Below, one piece after another: positions 10,153-19,570 of a stretch of 64,000 nucleotides of DNA. This DNA is from an uncultured Candidatus Rokubacteria bacterium (GTDB lineage: Bacteria > Methylomirabilota > Methylomirabilia > Rokubacteriales > DASRDR01): positions 32,001-96,000 of the forward strand of contig CAVPSB010000018.1 of assembly GCA_963708025.1 (NCBI GenBank). The letters run 5' to 3'. Both the position numbers and the translations under genes were made by a program. Numbering within the stretch: the stretch's first letter is position 1; each line of letters opens with the position of its first letter. The notes below the pieces were generated by a model, which made no database searches, had not been told where the DNA came from, and saw only the letters and a list, made by a program, of their open reading frames with translations.

Positions 10153-10932
10153 TCTCAGCGCGGCCGTGCGGGGATCGCGCAGGCGCAGGATCGACACGGC
10201 CGCCTGGACGAGCAACCAGCGCATCCGGGTATTGCCCGCCTTGGTGATCCGGCCGCGCCGTTGGCTCTCCCCCGAGCTCAGCTCCCTCGGGACGAGGCCG
10301 AGATACGCCTCCACCTCATGTGCCCGGCGAAAGCGCTGCGCGTCATCGATCGTGGCCACGAAGGCCGCCGCCGTGACCGGCCCCACGCTGGGGATGGTCT
10401 GCAAGCGCTGCACGCGCGTATCCGGGCGCGTGACGTGCTCGATCACCGCGTCCGAGTGGGCGAGCTGCTGATCGACGAGCCGCATCACCGCCAGCAAGGG
10501 CGCCACCTCCGAGAGCAGGCGGCCCGGCGGCGACAGCGCCATCACCCGCCGACTGAGAGTCTCCGCACTCCCCGTGGGCACGCGCCAGCCGTGCCGGCGC
10601 AGCAACGCCCGGGTCAGGGCGATGTATCCGGTGCGCGTCCGGACCACGGCATCGCGCACCGCCAAGCGGCCCCGGACATGCCGCTGCGCGTCGGACAGCC
10701 GATGGGCGGGGCGATACGCGCCGAGCAGACAGGCCTCCTGTAGCGCCCGGGCATCCCGCCGATCGGTCTTGACCTTCCGGGTCCGCGTGGCATACATCGG
10801 CGCGAAGTTCGGGTCCGCCACCACGACCTCGTGGCCCAAGGCCTCGAGGCACCGCGCCACCCATTCACTCTCCGTCGAGGCTTCGACGAGGATCCGGGCT
10901 CGCGGCCGGCCGCCCAACACCGCCGCGAACGG
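10153..10932 (-). mobile_element. IS110-family transposase, truncated at both ends
   Basis: LVEAST, KTDRRDA, IPSVGPVTA, YLGLVPRELSSG, ITKAGN; first catalytic Asp region and C-terminus missing. Confidence 0.9.
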
Positions 10933-10970
10933 CTGGGGCCTAAGGCGGCCACGCGCCATTTGGGATCCCA

Positions 10971-11290
10971 TCACCGCGGTGCTCCCTCGATAAATGACGG
11001 ATCCCGGGGCGGCGGCGCATTCAGCGCATGCCACGCAGCCCCCTGGACCGCCTACCACGGTGTGTCCCACCACCGGAGGACCTAACCGACCCAGGGCCTG
11101 AAGACATGGTCCCGGTGCAAGAACGTCGCGCGCCAGCCCTCGGGATCACTGGTGAGAGCCAGGTCGTAGCCGTGGCGGACCATGCCGGTGGTGATCGCGC
11201 CGATGCCCGTCCATGTATTCAGCCAGCGCCGGAGCGCGTGAAGGGCGGGCGGGACTGGCTCCGGTATGCGGACCAGCCTGAAGCCTAACA
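10971..11290 (-). pseudogene. Conserved-looking hypothetical protein with two in-frame TAG codons
   Basis: LRRWLNTWTGIGAITTGMVRHGYDLALT...WRATF..WVG*VLRWWDTPW*AVQGAAWHAL; resembles a small family recalled from Rokubacteria. Confidence 0.5.
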
Positions 11291-11601
11291 GTGGAGAAGG
11301 GTCGGTATTTCCATCCGGTTGGGAATGGCCTCCGCCGTCCATGCCCAGGTCAGCCGGCTGCTCGCGGCCGTCCTCACGGCCGGCGACGGCGCGATCGCGA
11401 CCGAGGGCCAGCTCGACGCGCTGCTGGAGTCCGTGGTGGCGCGCGTCGTGGCGCGCAGCAGCGGGCTGCGCGCAACACGTTCACTGCGGATTCGAGGTGT
11501 CAACCAAGGACCAACCCTTGCTCGTGCTCAAGCCGACCGGTACAGAACGCTCTATCCGGACCGGAAGTCCTGGGAGCTGACCAAGCTTTGAGTCCCGTCC
11601 G

Positions 11602-11631
11602 TTGACACGAGGGTCGACGCCAGTCTATCAT
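11602..11631 (+). promoter_or_regulatory. Sigma70 promoter for the sugar-modification cassette
   Basis: TTGACA-18bp-TATCAT, about 50 bp upstream of ATG 11680. Confidence 0.65.
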
Positions 11632-11679
11632 CCCGTCCGCCCCACCCGCCCGCCGCCGCGGGCGCGGGTCGGAGCCGCG

Positions 11680-12186
11680 ATGACGGTCGCCAAGATCTTC
11701 CCGCTCCACGATCTCGCCCGGAGGCTGGAGGCCTCGCGGCGAGCCGGCCTCAAGATCGTCCAGTGCCACGGGTGCTTCGACCTGATGCACATCGGGCACA
11801 TCCGGCACCTCCAGGCCGCGCGCGCGATGGGTGACCTGCTGGTCGTAACGGTGACGGCCGACGCCCACGTGGCCAAGGGCGAGGGCCGGCCCGCCTTCAC
11901 CGAGGCCCTGCGGGCCGAGGCGCTCGCGGCACTGGTCTGCGTCGACCTCGTGGCCATCAGTCCCTGGCCCACGGCGGTGGAAGCGATTCAGCTGCTCAGG
12001 CCGGACTACTACGTCAAGGGGCAGGCCGGAGAGGAACCCACTCGGCGCAGCGCCCGACTCCAGCAGGAGATCGCGACGGTCCGCGAGCTGGGCGGCGACG
12101 TGCGCTTCACCCACGAGGCCGAATTCTCCTCCACCGCGCTGCTTGACGCGCATTTCCGCGGGCCCGACGACCGGGCCTCGGCGTGA
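11680..12186 (+). CDS. Cytidylyl/adenylyltransferase (RfaE domain II/HldC-like)
   Basis: CHGCFDLMHIGHIRHL (HxGH), GDLLVVTVTAD, PDYYVKG, SST. Confidence 0.9.
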   Translation: MTVAKIFPLHDLARRLEASRRAGLKIVQCHGCFDLMHIGHIRHLQAARAMGDLLVVTVTADAHVAKGEGRPAFTEALRAEALAALVCVDLVAISPWPTAVEAIQLLRPDYYVKGQAGEEPTRRSARLQQEIATVRELGGDVRFTHEAEFSSTALLDAHFRGPDDRASA

Positions 12187-13250
12187 CGGGGCTTCCGGGC
12201 GGTCGCGCGCCGGGCGATCCCGGGGCGCGCCGCTTCCTCGAGGGCTTCCGGGCGCGGCACGCCGCCGGCGTGGTGCGCGACGCGCTGGCCGCGCTCCGGA
12301 CGCTCAAGGTTCTCGTCATCGGCGAGGCGATCATCGACGAGTACCGCTACTGCGTGCCCCTGGGCAAGGCGCCCAAGGAGCCGGCCATCTCCTCGAAGCA
12401 CGTCCGGCTCGAACGTCACGCGGGCGGGGCCCTGGCGTGCGCGAACCACGTGGCCGGGTTCTGCGGCGCGGTCGACCTGGTGACCGGCCTCGGCGCCGCC
12501 GACCCTCAGGAGGCGTTCATCCGCGGCCGGCTCAAACCGAACGTCAGGCCGCGGTTCTTCGTCCGCGAGGGCGCCCCGACCATCACCAAGCGCCGTTACG
12601 TCACGGAGCCGCGGCTTCTCAAGCTGTTCGAGGTCGCCGAGATGGATGACACGCCCCTGCCCGCCGCCCTCGAGAACCAGATGCTCGCGCATCTCGAGGC
12701 GGCGCTGCCCGCGTACGACCTCGTCATCGTCGCCGACTATGGCCACGGCTTCCTCGGTCCGCGCACCGTGGACCTGCTCGCCGCGCGTGCCCGGTACCTG
12801 GCGGTGAACACGCAGGCCAATCCCGGGAACCTCGGCTTCCACGTGATCACGCGGTATCCGCGCGCCGACTACCTGTGCATCGACGAGGGCGAGGCCCGGC
12901 TCGCCACGCGCGACCGCTGGAGCCCGGTGGCGGTGCTGGCCAGCGCGCTGCGGGCGCGCGTCAAGTGCTCCGCGATGTCCGTGACCCTGGCTCACGAGGG
13001 GGTACTGGTGTCGGGTCCGGATGGGACCGCGTGGGAGGTGCCCGCGCTCACGCGCGACGTCGTGGACCGGATGGGGGCGGGGGACGCGTACCTGGCGGTC
13101 TCATCCCCGTGCGCGGCCGCCAGGCTGCCCCTGGAGGTGGTGGCGCTGCTGGGCAGCGCGGCGGGCGCTCTGGCGGTGCGGATCGTCGGCAATCGCTCGG
13201 CCGTCGAGCCTGCCGCCGTCGAGCGCCTCCTCGCCGAGCTGCTGCCCTGA
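12183..13250 (+). CDS. PfkB-family sugar kinase (RfaE domain I/HldA-like)
   Basis: VLVIGEAIIDEY, VIVADYGHG, VVDRMGAGDAY. Confidence 0.88.
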   Translation: MTGLPGGRAPGDPGARRFLEGFRARHAAGVVRDALAALRTLKVLVIGEAIIDEYRYCVPLGKAPKEPAISSKHVRLERHAGGALACANHVAGFCGAVDLVTGLGAADPQEAFIRGRLKPNVRPRFFVREGAPTITKRRYVTEPRLLKLFEVAEMDDTPLPAALENQMLAHLEAALPAYDLVIVADYGHGFLGPRTVDLLAARARYLAVNTQANPGNLGFHVITRYPRADYLCIDEGEARLATRDRWSPVAVLASALRARVKCSAMSVTLAHEGVLVSGPDGTAWEVPALTRDVVDRMGAGDAYLAVSSPCAAARLPLEVVALLGSAAGALAVRIVGNRSAVEPAAVERLLAELLP

Positions 13251-13269
13251 GACCGCGCGAGGAGCATGC

Positions 13270-14226
13270 ATGCCGCACGTGAGCGTCGCGATCTCGACCT
13301 GGAACCGGGCCCACCTCGTGGGCCGGGCCATCCGGAGCGCCCTGGCCCAGACGTTCGAGGATTTCGAGCTGCTCGTCGTCGACGACGGGTTGACCGACGC
13401 CACACCCGAGGTGCTGGCGGGCGTGGACGATGGGCGTCTTCGCCGGGTCCGGCACGAGCGGAACTACGGGGTCAGCCGCACGCGGAACACCGCGCTCGGG
13501 CTGGCTCGGGGCGAGTGGCTGGCCTACCTCGACGACGACAACGAGTGGGCACCGGACTACCTCGAGCGACAGCTCGCCTTCGCGGCGTCGCGGCCCGGGG
13601 CCGGCGTGGCGTACTGTCGCGCGCGCCAGCGCCACGCGCCGTCCGGCTCGGAGGTCGAGCGCGGCGAGCTGAGGCAGGGTCGGGTGTTCTGCGACCTGGT
13701 AGAGGGATGGAACCCGTTCGTGTCGAGCGCGCTGATCCGCCGGGCGGTTCTGCTCGAGGCCGGCGGGTTCGACGAGCGGCTGCGCGCCTCGGAGGACCAC
13801 GACCTCTGGATGCGCCTGGCGCAGCGCACGGAATTCGCCGGTGCGAGCGACGCGCTCCTGATCCGCCACGTGCGCCATGGCCCCCAGCTTACCTACAACC
13901 CCGAGTTCCATGCTCGGGACACCGCCATCCTCGCCGGGAAGTGGCGGGACGCCATCACGGTGGCGTGCGGGCGCCGGGCCTATCGGCGCTGGCAGCTGTG
14001 GCTGGTGCTGTGGGCGGAGCGGTGCCGCGTGGAGCGCGCGGCGGAGCGCGGCGGGGGGGAGCGCGTCGCCGCCGCGCGCTCGGCCGGACGGCTGCTCCGG
14101 CTCTTCCCCGAGTCGGCGCCGCACGTGGCCGAGGCGCTTGGCGTGGCGATCCTCGGCTCGCGGAGCCGGCTCAGCTGGTATCGCTACCGCGCGCGCAAGG
14201 CCCTGGGCCTGTCCGCGACTCGCTGA
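13270..14226 (+). CDS. Glycosyltransferase family 2
   Basis: VSVAISTWNR, VVDDG, RNTAL, YLDDD, GGFDE..SEDHDLW. Confidence 0.92.
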   Translation: MPHVSVAISTWNRAHLVGRAIRSALAQTFEDFELLVVDDGLTDATPEVLAGVDDGRLRRVRHERNYGVSRTRNTALGLARGEWLAYLDDDNEWAPDYLERQLAFAASRPGAGVAYCRARQRHAPSGSEVERGELRQGRVFCDLVEGWNPFVSSALIRRAVLLEAGGFDERLRASEDHDLWMRLAQRTEFAGASDALLIRHVRHGPQLTYNPEFHARDTAILAGKWRDAITVACGRRAYRRWQLWLVLWAERCRVERAAERGGGERVAAARSAGRLLRLFPESAPHVAEALGVAILGSRSRLSWYRYRARKALGLSATR

Positions 14227-14245
14227 GCGGTCCCCGCGCCCGGAC

Positions 14246-14305
14246 ATGACCACCGAGGTCCGCGTCGCGCTGATCGGCTACGGCCTGGCCGGCGCGGTCT
14301 TCCCA
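14246..14305 (+). pseudogene. N-terminal stub of Gfo/Idh/MocA oxidoreductase
   Basis: MTTEVRVALIGYGLAGAVF, then unrelated sequence. Confidence 0.7.
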
Positions 14306-14399
14306 CGCACCCACGATCGCGGCCACGGCGGCGCGCGTCGTCGATCGAGTTTCAGGCGCCGGGTGGGGTAGCGTGGGACCTGAGGAGTCGAACGAGGCG

Positions 14400-14501
14400 G
14401 TGAGCGGTCGGGACGTCATCACGTGGCTGGTCGGCTTCATGGTGGTCGGCGTGATCGTCTGGTCGGTCACCGCGTGGGTCTCCGGCCGCCAGCGCCCGTG
14501 A
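14400..14501 (+). CDS. Small single-TM peptide (33 aa)
   Basis: MSGRDVITWLVGFMVVGVIVWSVTAWVSGRQRP; purine-rich RBS-like sequence upstream. Confidence 0.4.
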   Translation: MSGRDVITWLVGFMVVGVIVWSVTAWVSGRQRP

Positions 14502-15170
14502 CGCTGGAGGGTCAGCTCAAGGCCGCAGCCGAGGCGGGGGCAGCGGGTCATGGCGCCACCGGCCGCTGGCCGACCCGCCAGCCTTGATCGCGCGGGTGGT
14601 CAAGCTGGACCACGCCGTCTGGTGGCCGCGTCGCGAAGCCGCCAGAGACTACGACGCCTTGCCCTTCGAGGCGGGAGAGACGCACCATAGCCCGCGCGAT
14701 GCGGCACCACCACCAACGCAGCAGCCGCGCAGCTAACTGCCCGGGTTTTCGACGCTTCCGGTTGGCATAGCGGTTGCTCGTCTCGTAGTGGGGCCCGGCG
14801 ACCAGCACGACTGGTTCCCTGAGGGCGCCGTGGACCTTCGTTGCGCAGGAGGTAGGAGGTCGGGATGAGCAGGGTTTCGCCGAACGAGTCATCCTCTCAA
14901 TGGTCACCATCCTGGGAGTCTCGCTGGTCGGGAGCGGGTGGGCCCCAAGTGATCATGTTCAGATCGGACGATCGACACTGGTGGGCCACATTCATCCGCT
15001 GGCTTGCGACCGGATTCGCCTGAGTGGGTCATGGGTTCGAGCCGCCACGCCCGGCGGCCGTCGCCCGCCGTCGCAAACCATCACCTTTGCGCCAGCACAG
15101 GGGGTCTGGCCGGAGGGGGCGTTTGGCGGGGAGTTGAGGGCCTGCCTGCCGCGAGGATTTGCGACGGCCC

Positions 15171-15445
15171 CTACCGAACGGCCAGGGCCCGACTCACGGC
15201 ACTGGGATGGACGTGGAGCGCCCGGGCGACCGCCCGGAGCGAGAGCCCCCCGCTGAGCAGCTGACGCGCGGCATCTGCCGCCACATGGTAGCGGCGCGGA
15301 CGGCCGAGCCTCCGGCGCTGTGCTCGTGCTCGTCGGATCCCAGCCACCACCCGCTCACGGATCAGATCCCGCTCGAACTCCGCGATAGCCGCCAGCACGT
15401 GGAAGAGCAGGCGGCCGGCCGGGGTCGTCGTGTCGATGGTCATGG
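15171..15445 (-). pseudogene. Serine recombinase (resolvase/invertase) C-terminal fragment
   Basis: IDTTTPAGRLLFHVLAAIAEFERDLIRERVVAG..GRP plus HTH; catalytic Ser region missing. Confidence 0.9.
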
Positions 15446-15460
15446 TCCCTTGCCTCCGAG

Positions 15461-15587
15461 AAGGCGTCGTCAGGGAATAAGTGACCGGTTCCAAGGGCCA
15501 AGCGGATAGACTGCGAGTGCCGATTCTCGGCCTCCCCGGACACGCTGGACTCAGATGATTCGTTCACTTATTTCCTGACACCGCCTT
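15461..15587. repeat. 24-bp imperfect inverted repeat pair enclosing 79 bp
   Basis: AAGGCGTCGTCAGGGAATAAGTGA (15461-15484) vs reverse complement of 15564-15587, 21/24. Confidence 0.7.
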
Positions 15588-15881
15588 AGGTCCCGTCACT
15601 CTGGCCAGCGGTACCACAGGACGTGCGCGCCTCGCCTGCGGGTTCACCGTGAGCTCCTCCGGACCATGGCCCGACGCTACCGCCGGAAGGCTGAACGCAA
15701 GTTGGCGGTCGAGCGGCCGGGTCTCTCCTAGCCTCGTCCACATTTCGGCCCTCCTGCTCGAGTCCGGCCCGCCAAAGTAGGCCGGCCGCCTCCCCGGCCT
15801 CGTCGGCCAACATTTCCCCTCGTAACACTACCGCGTTCGCCGTTCTCGCCGTGCCACTCTACGCGCACACGGAGGGGAACA

Positions 15882-16064
15882 ATGATGCAGACAAAGACAT
15901 GGACCCAGCTCTACACCGTGCGCGAGATTGCCCAGGCGACGCGGCTCAGCGAGCGCGCGATCCGTATCGCCATCGCGGACGGCCGCCTCCGGGTTCTGCG
16001 GCCTGGGGGGCTGCGCCGCGTGCGGGTCAGCGAGCAGGAGCTCCAGCGGTTCATCAAGGCGTAG
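15882..16064 (+). CDS. Excisionase-like HTH_17 DNA-binding protein
   Basis: LYTVREIAQATRLSERAIRIAIADGRL...RVRVSEQELQRF; RBS GGAGGGG. Confidence 0.88.
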   Translation: MMQTKTWTQLYTVREIAQATRLSERAIRIAIADGRLRVLRPGGLRRVRVSEQELQRFIKA

Positions 16065-16066
16065 CC

Positions 16067-16162
16067 ATGAGGGGTCGCATGATCTGGCGCGTGCTCGCGG
16101 CCCTCGGCCTGCTCCTGCTGGCGGCGCTCGGCGGCGTAGGGCGCGTGCGGGGCAGGGCGTGA
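16067..16162 (+). CDS. Small hydrophobic peptide (31 aa)
   Basis: MRGRMIWRVLAALGLLLLAALGG..., 2 bp after xis stop. Confidence 0.4.
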   Translation: MRGRMIWRVLAALGLLLLAALGGVGRVRGRA

Positions 16163-16198
16163 GCCCCGATCCCTCGCCCGGCACGGTCCGACGCGATC

Positions 16199-16435
16199 CT
16201 AGGGGCCGGAACGGCGCGCTGGCCGGAGTCTGGAGGAGCGCCGCGTGGCGGAGACGACGATGTGAGCGGTCCGCGTCGAGTCGCCGGCCTGATCCCAGGC
16301 CACGGTCACGAACTGGCCGACCTCGAGGCCCATCAGCAGCCCCAGGGCATCGAGTTGGTAGGTGATCCTCGCGACCCGGATGGTTTGCGCCGCGACGTCG
16401 ATCGCCTCGAGGGTGCCGATGGTCAAGCCGTGCAT
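16199..16435 (-). CDS. Small hypothetical protein, beta-rich/OB-fold-like
   Basis: GTLEAIDVAAQTIRV...GLEVGQFVTVAW pattern. Confidence 0.45.
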   Translation of the reverse strand: MHGLTIGTLEAIDVAAQTIRVARITYQLDALGLLMGLEVGQFVTVAWDQAGDSTRTAHIVVSATRRSSRLRPARRSGP

Positions 16436-16558
16436 GATGGGAGCCTCACGGCCCGCCCGTGAGGAAGAAAGCCCAGCGCCAGGCCGAGGGGGATCAGCCC
16501 CCCGATGATCGCGGCGGCTTCGTGGAGAGTCTGCCATCCCATCCCGTTGACGAGTGGG

Positions 16559-16780
16559 TCAGGCGGCGGCGGCTTCGGGGTTGCCTCGTGTGTCGGTTCG
16601 CTGGAGCTCTTGGAGGGCCAGCTTCAGCTCCAGTTGGGCTCGTTCGATGTCACCGCCCGCTTCCCGGGCACACGACCGAGCCGCGCCGGCCAGGTAAATG
16701 ACGCGATTCAGACTGCCCTCGGCGTTGCGAAGCGCCTCGATCGCGCGAACGATGCGAGCGGCCGTGGCCGTCGTGTTCAT
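16559..16780 (-). CDS. Small helical hypothetical protein
   Basis: ATG with RBS GGGGAGGG; 73 aa amphipathic helices. Confidence 0.5.
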   Translation of the reverse strand: MNTTATAARIVRAIEALRNAEGSLNRVIYLAGAARSCAREAGGDIERAQLELKLALQELQRTDTRGNPEAAAA

Positions 16781-17252
16781 GAGGCCCTCCCCTGTGTGGC
16801 TCCAGTGAGCGACGAGACGACCCGAGCCGGAAGAGAGCCGCGTGGGAGGCGCTCGGGTTCCAAGGGAGAATCGGGCTCCCCCGGAGATCGCCCCCCACGC
16901 GGACCCGGCCTTGTGGAACGCAAGCGGCATGCCCAGCCGCCCCGTTGCTCGGAACGTTGTTGGAGTGGGCCGCCGGGCCAGGGCTTTTCCGGGCCGGCGA
17001 GGGCGGTGCCCGCCGGGATCCCCTGTGCACGTCGTTGCTGACAGTGACCAATCCGGCGGTCAGGGACTTGAAAGGCGGCGGTCGTTCCGACACCCCGGTG
17101 GGCGGCTCACCTCCGGCGCGGTTGGGGAGCCGTAAGCGGCCCGTAGGCGGGCTTTCCAGGCTGGAGGTGCGCCGGCTCGCTCTGACGGCCATTCAGTTGG
17201 GCCAGCGCGGCCGGGCGGCGCTCCGGGGGCGGGCCAATGGGGCGGCCGGGCG

Positions 17253-18822
17253 GTGAGAGCGCGGACGGCCCCCCGGGCCGAGACGCGAGAGAGCGTCGCC
17301 CGATTCTTTGATGCGCTCTTCGCTAGCGCTCGCGGGCTGATAGAGCTGCGCGCCTTCCCGAGCAAGTCGCGGCTGTTCGCCCCACTCGACGCACCGGAAC
17401 GCCTTCTCGACTTCCTCGCTGAGCGCGTGCCCGGCGAGGACGTGTACTTCGGGGTCGCGGCGCGGAAGGATGCGACCAGCGGGGCACTGGAGAACTGCAC
17501 CACGCTCGGCGCGATCTTCACCGACATCGACTTCAAGATGACCCCCGAGGCCGAGGCCCGGCGCCGGCTGGCCGAGTTCCCGCTCGCCCCAACGCTCATC
17601 GTCCGGTCCGGGCACGGCCTGCATGCCTACTACTGCCTCCGCGAACCGCTCGACCTCACAGCCGACGCGGCTCGCGCCCGCGCGATCCTGGTCGGCCTGG
17701 CGGCGGCCCTCGGAGGCGATCGGAGCGCGGCCGAGCCCGCCAGGATTCTCCGCGTGCCCGGCACCGTGAACCGAAAGGCGGAGCCGGTTCCCGTGGCGCT
17801 CGAGTTGTGCGAGCCGACGCGGCGCTACAACCCGTCGGAGCTGGAGGAGTGGCTTCCTGCGCTCGAGACAGCACGCGGGAACGGGTTTCATGCCGAGCCC
17901 GCCGTCGGCGTAGGAGAGCGGCACCTCTACCTGTATCGACTCGCCCGATCGCTGAAGTACAAGGGCCTGGGTCTGGCGGTTGTCCTGGCGGCGACCCGGG
18001 CCGAGAACGCGGAGCACTGCGCGCCGCCCTTGCCGGATGGCGAAGTCGAGCGACAGGTACAGAGCGCGTTCGCCCAGGCGGACCGCCCCGGGTTCGAGCC
18101 GCGGGACATCCGTGTGGAGACGGACAGAACCCCGGCGGGGCCGGCGGCCGCCGGGCCGGAGTGGCCGGTGCTGGCGCCAGAGGCGCTCCACGGACCGGCC
18201 GGGCGCATCGTGGAGGCCATCGCGCCGCGCTCCGAGGCTGACCCGGTCGCGATTCTTCTGCACACCCTCGTCGGGGCCGGGAGTCTCCTGGGGCGCGGAC
18301 AGCGCCAGCCTTGCGTTGCTCGCCGACGAGCCGCGCGGCGTCGTCACCACGGCCCGCGACCTCGGACGGATGACCCGCGATCCCGAGGCCGCCGCCGCCT
18401 GGCGGGATGTCTACGCCGACCTCTCCCGGGAGCGCGACGGGCTGGTGGGCGCCCTCCTCGGCCGCGCCGAGGCCCAGACCCTCCGGCTGTCCGTGCTCTA
18501 TGCCGTGCTCGATCAGTCCCCGGCGATCCGGCTCCCTCATCTGCAAGCCGCCCTGGCCGTGTGGGCCTACGCGGAGGCCAGCGTGCTCTACCTCTTCGGC
18601 GGCCGGCTTGGACACCCCATCGCCGACGCGATCCTCGACGCCCTCCGGCGAGCCGGCCGGCTCACCCGCACCGAGATCCGCGACCTCTTCGGTCGGCACA
18701 AGGACGCCGCGCAGCTCGAGGAGGCCCTCAGCATGCTTGAGCGCGCCGGCCTCGCGCGACCGGACAAGCGACTGACCGGAGGCCGGCCGGAAGAGTCCTG
18801 GGAGGCAGTACGGACTACGTAG
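17253..18822 (+). pseudogene. AEP/RepB-type primase-PriCT-1-DUF3987 helicase fusion with internal deletion and frameshift
   Basis: DVYFGV, FTDIDF, RSGHGLHAYY, RILRVPGTVN; GERH..PPLPDGEV; EADPVAIL; C-terminal HLQAALAVWAY and wHTH in another frame after about 18300. Confidence 0.82.
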
Positions 18823-18888
18823 CCCGGGCCGCGGAGGCCGCCAGGCGCTGGCGTGAGGCCCAAGGGCTCCCGCCGGCGGGCTCCGCCC

Positions 18889-18915
18889 TTCCGTCGCTTT
18901 CGTCTCTTCCGTCGC
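18889..18915 (+). repeat. Triple 9-bp tandem repeat, candidate iteron/origin
   Basis: TTCCGTCGC TTTCGTCTC TTCCGTCGC just downstream of the primase-helicase. Confidence 0.45.
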
Positions 18916-18934
18916 CTACACAAAGCAGCGGAAT

Positions 18935-19363
18935 AAGAACGACGAAGGCCGCGTCGTCTACCTGACCCCGGAGCTCCGGACCCTCCTCGAGGCCCAGCTC
19001 GAGCGGATCCGTGCGGTCGAGCGGCGGACCGGCCGCATCATCCCCTTCCTGTTTCCCTACCTCAGCGGACCGCGGCGCCTCGGCCAGCGCCGACGTGACT
19101 ACCGGAAGGCCTGGGAGGCGGCGTGCACGTCCGCGGGCGTCGCTGGTCGGGTCCGCCACGACTTCCGCCGGACCGCAGTCCGCAACCTGGTCAACGCTGG
19201 TGTGCCAGAGCGGGTGGCCATGACGATCACCGGGCACAAGAGCCGAGCCGTGTTCGACCGCTACCACATCGTGAGCCCGGGCGACCTCCAGGAGGCCATG
19301 CGAAAGCTCGCGGGCACGTTTCCGGGCACGTTGGCCCCCGCGATTGGCCCCCGCGAAGGTTGA
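18935..19363 (+). pseudogene. Tyrosine integrase C-terminal fragment, paralog of 27725-28570
   Basis: KNDEGRVVYLTPEL...RHDFRRTAVRNLVNAGVPERVAMTITGHKSRAVFDRY (no start, absent from ORF track). Confidence 0.92.
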
Positions 19364-19476
19364 CCGTCTCGTTCGAAGCGGCGTGAGCCGCTGGCCCTCG
19401 ACCAAGGCGCGCCGCGTCCTGGCCGCTCTGCTCCGGATCGGCTGGTCCGTGAGGAGGCAATCGGACTCCCACCGAA
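19361..19476 (+). repeat. Second partial hicB-hicA copy (116 bp, homologous to 3790-3905)
   Basis: TGACCGTCTCGTTCGAAGCGGCGTGAGCCGCTGGCCCTCG...CTCCCACCGAA, few substitutions. Confidence 0.9.
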
Positions 19477-19570
19477 GCACACCCGGGAAGGGTGACGTCA
19501 CGGGAACCCGTTTGATACGGGGAGGGAGCCTGGCGGGCCTCGCCGAGGCCGCCGCCGGGACGGCCCGCCG

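Noticed and set aside
9140-10970. IS110 bridge RNA
   Set aside because: Both IS110 pieces are internal fragments fused to other genes; non-coding ends are not identifiable
15020-15060. GGGTTCGAGCC T-loop-like motif as another tRNA remnant
   Set aside because: No convincing T stem or acceptor pairing and no match to the tRNA-Val copies
16940-17250. P4-like CI/C4 RNA or Ash leader upstream of the primase
   Set aside because: Position fits but no recognisable consensus or fold; needs an Rfam/Infernal search
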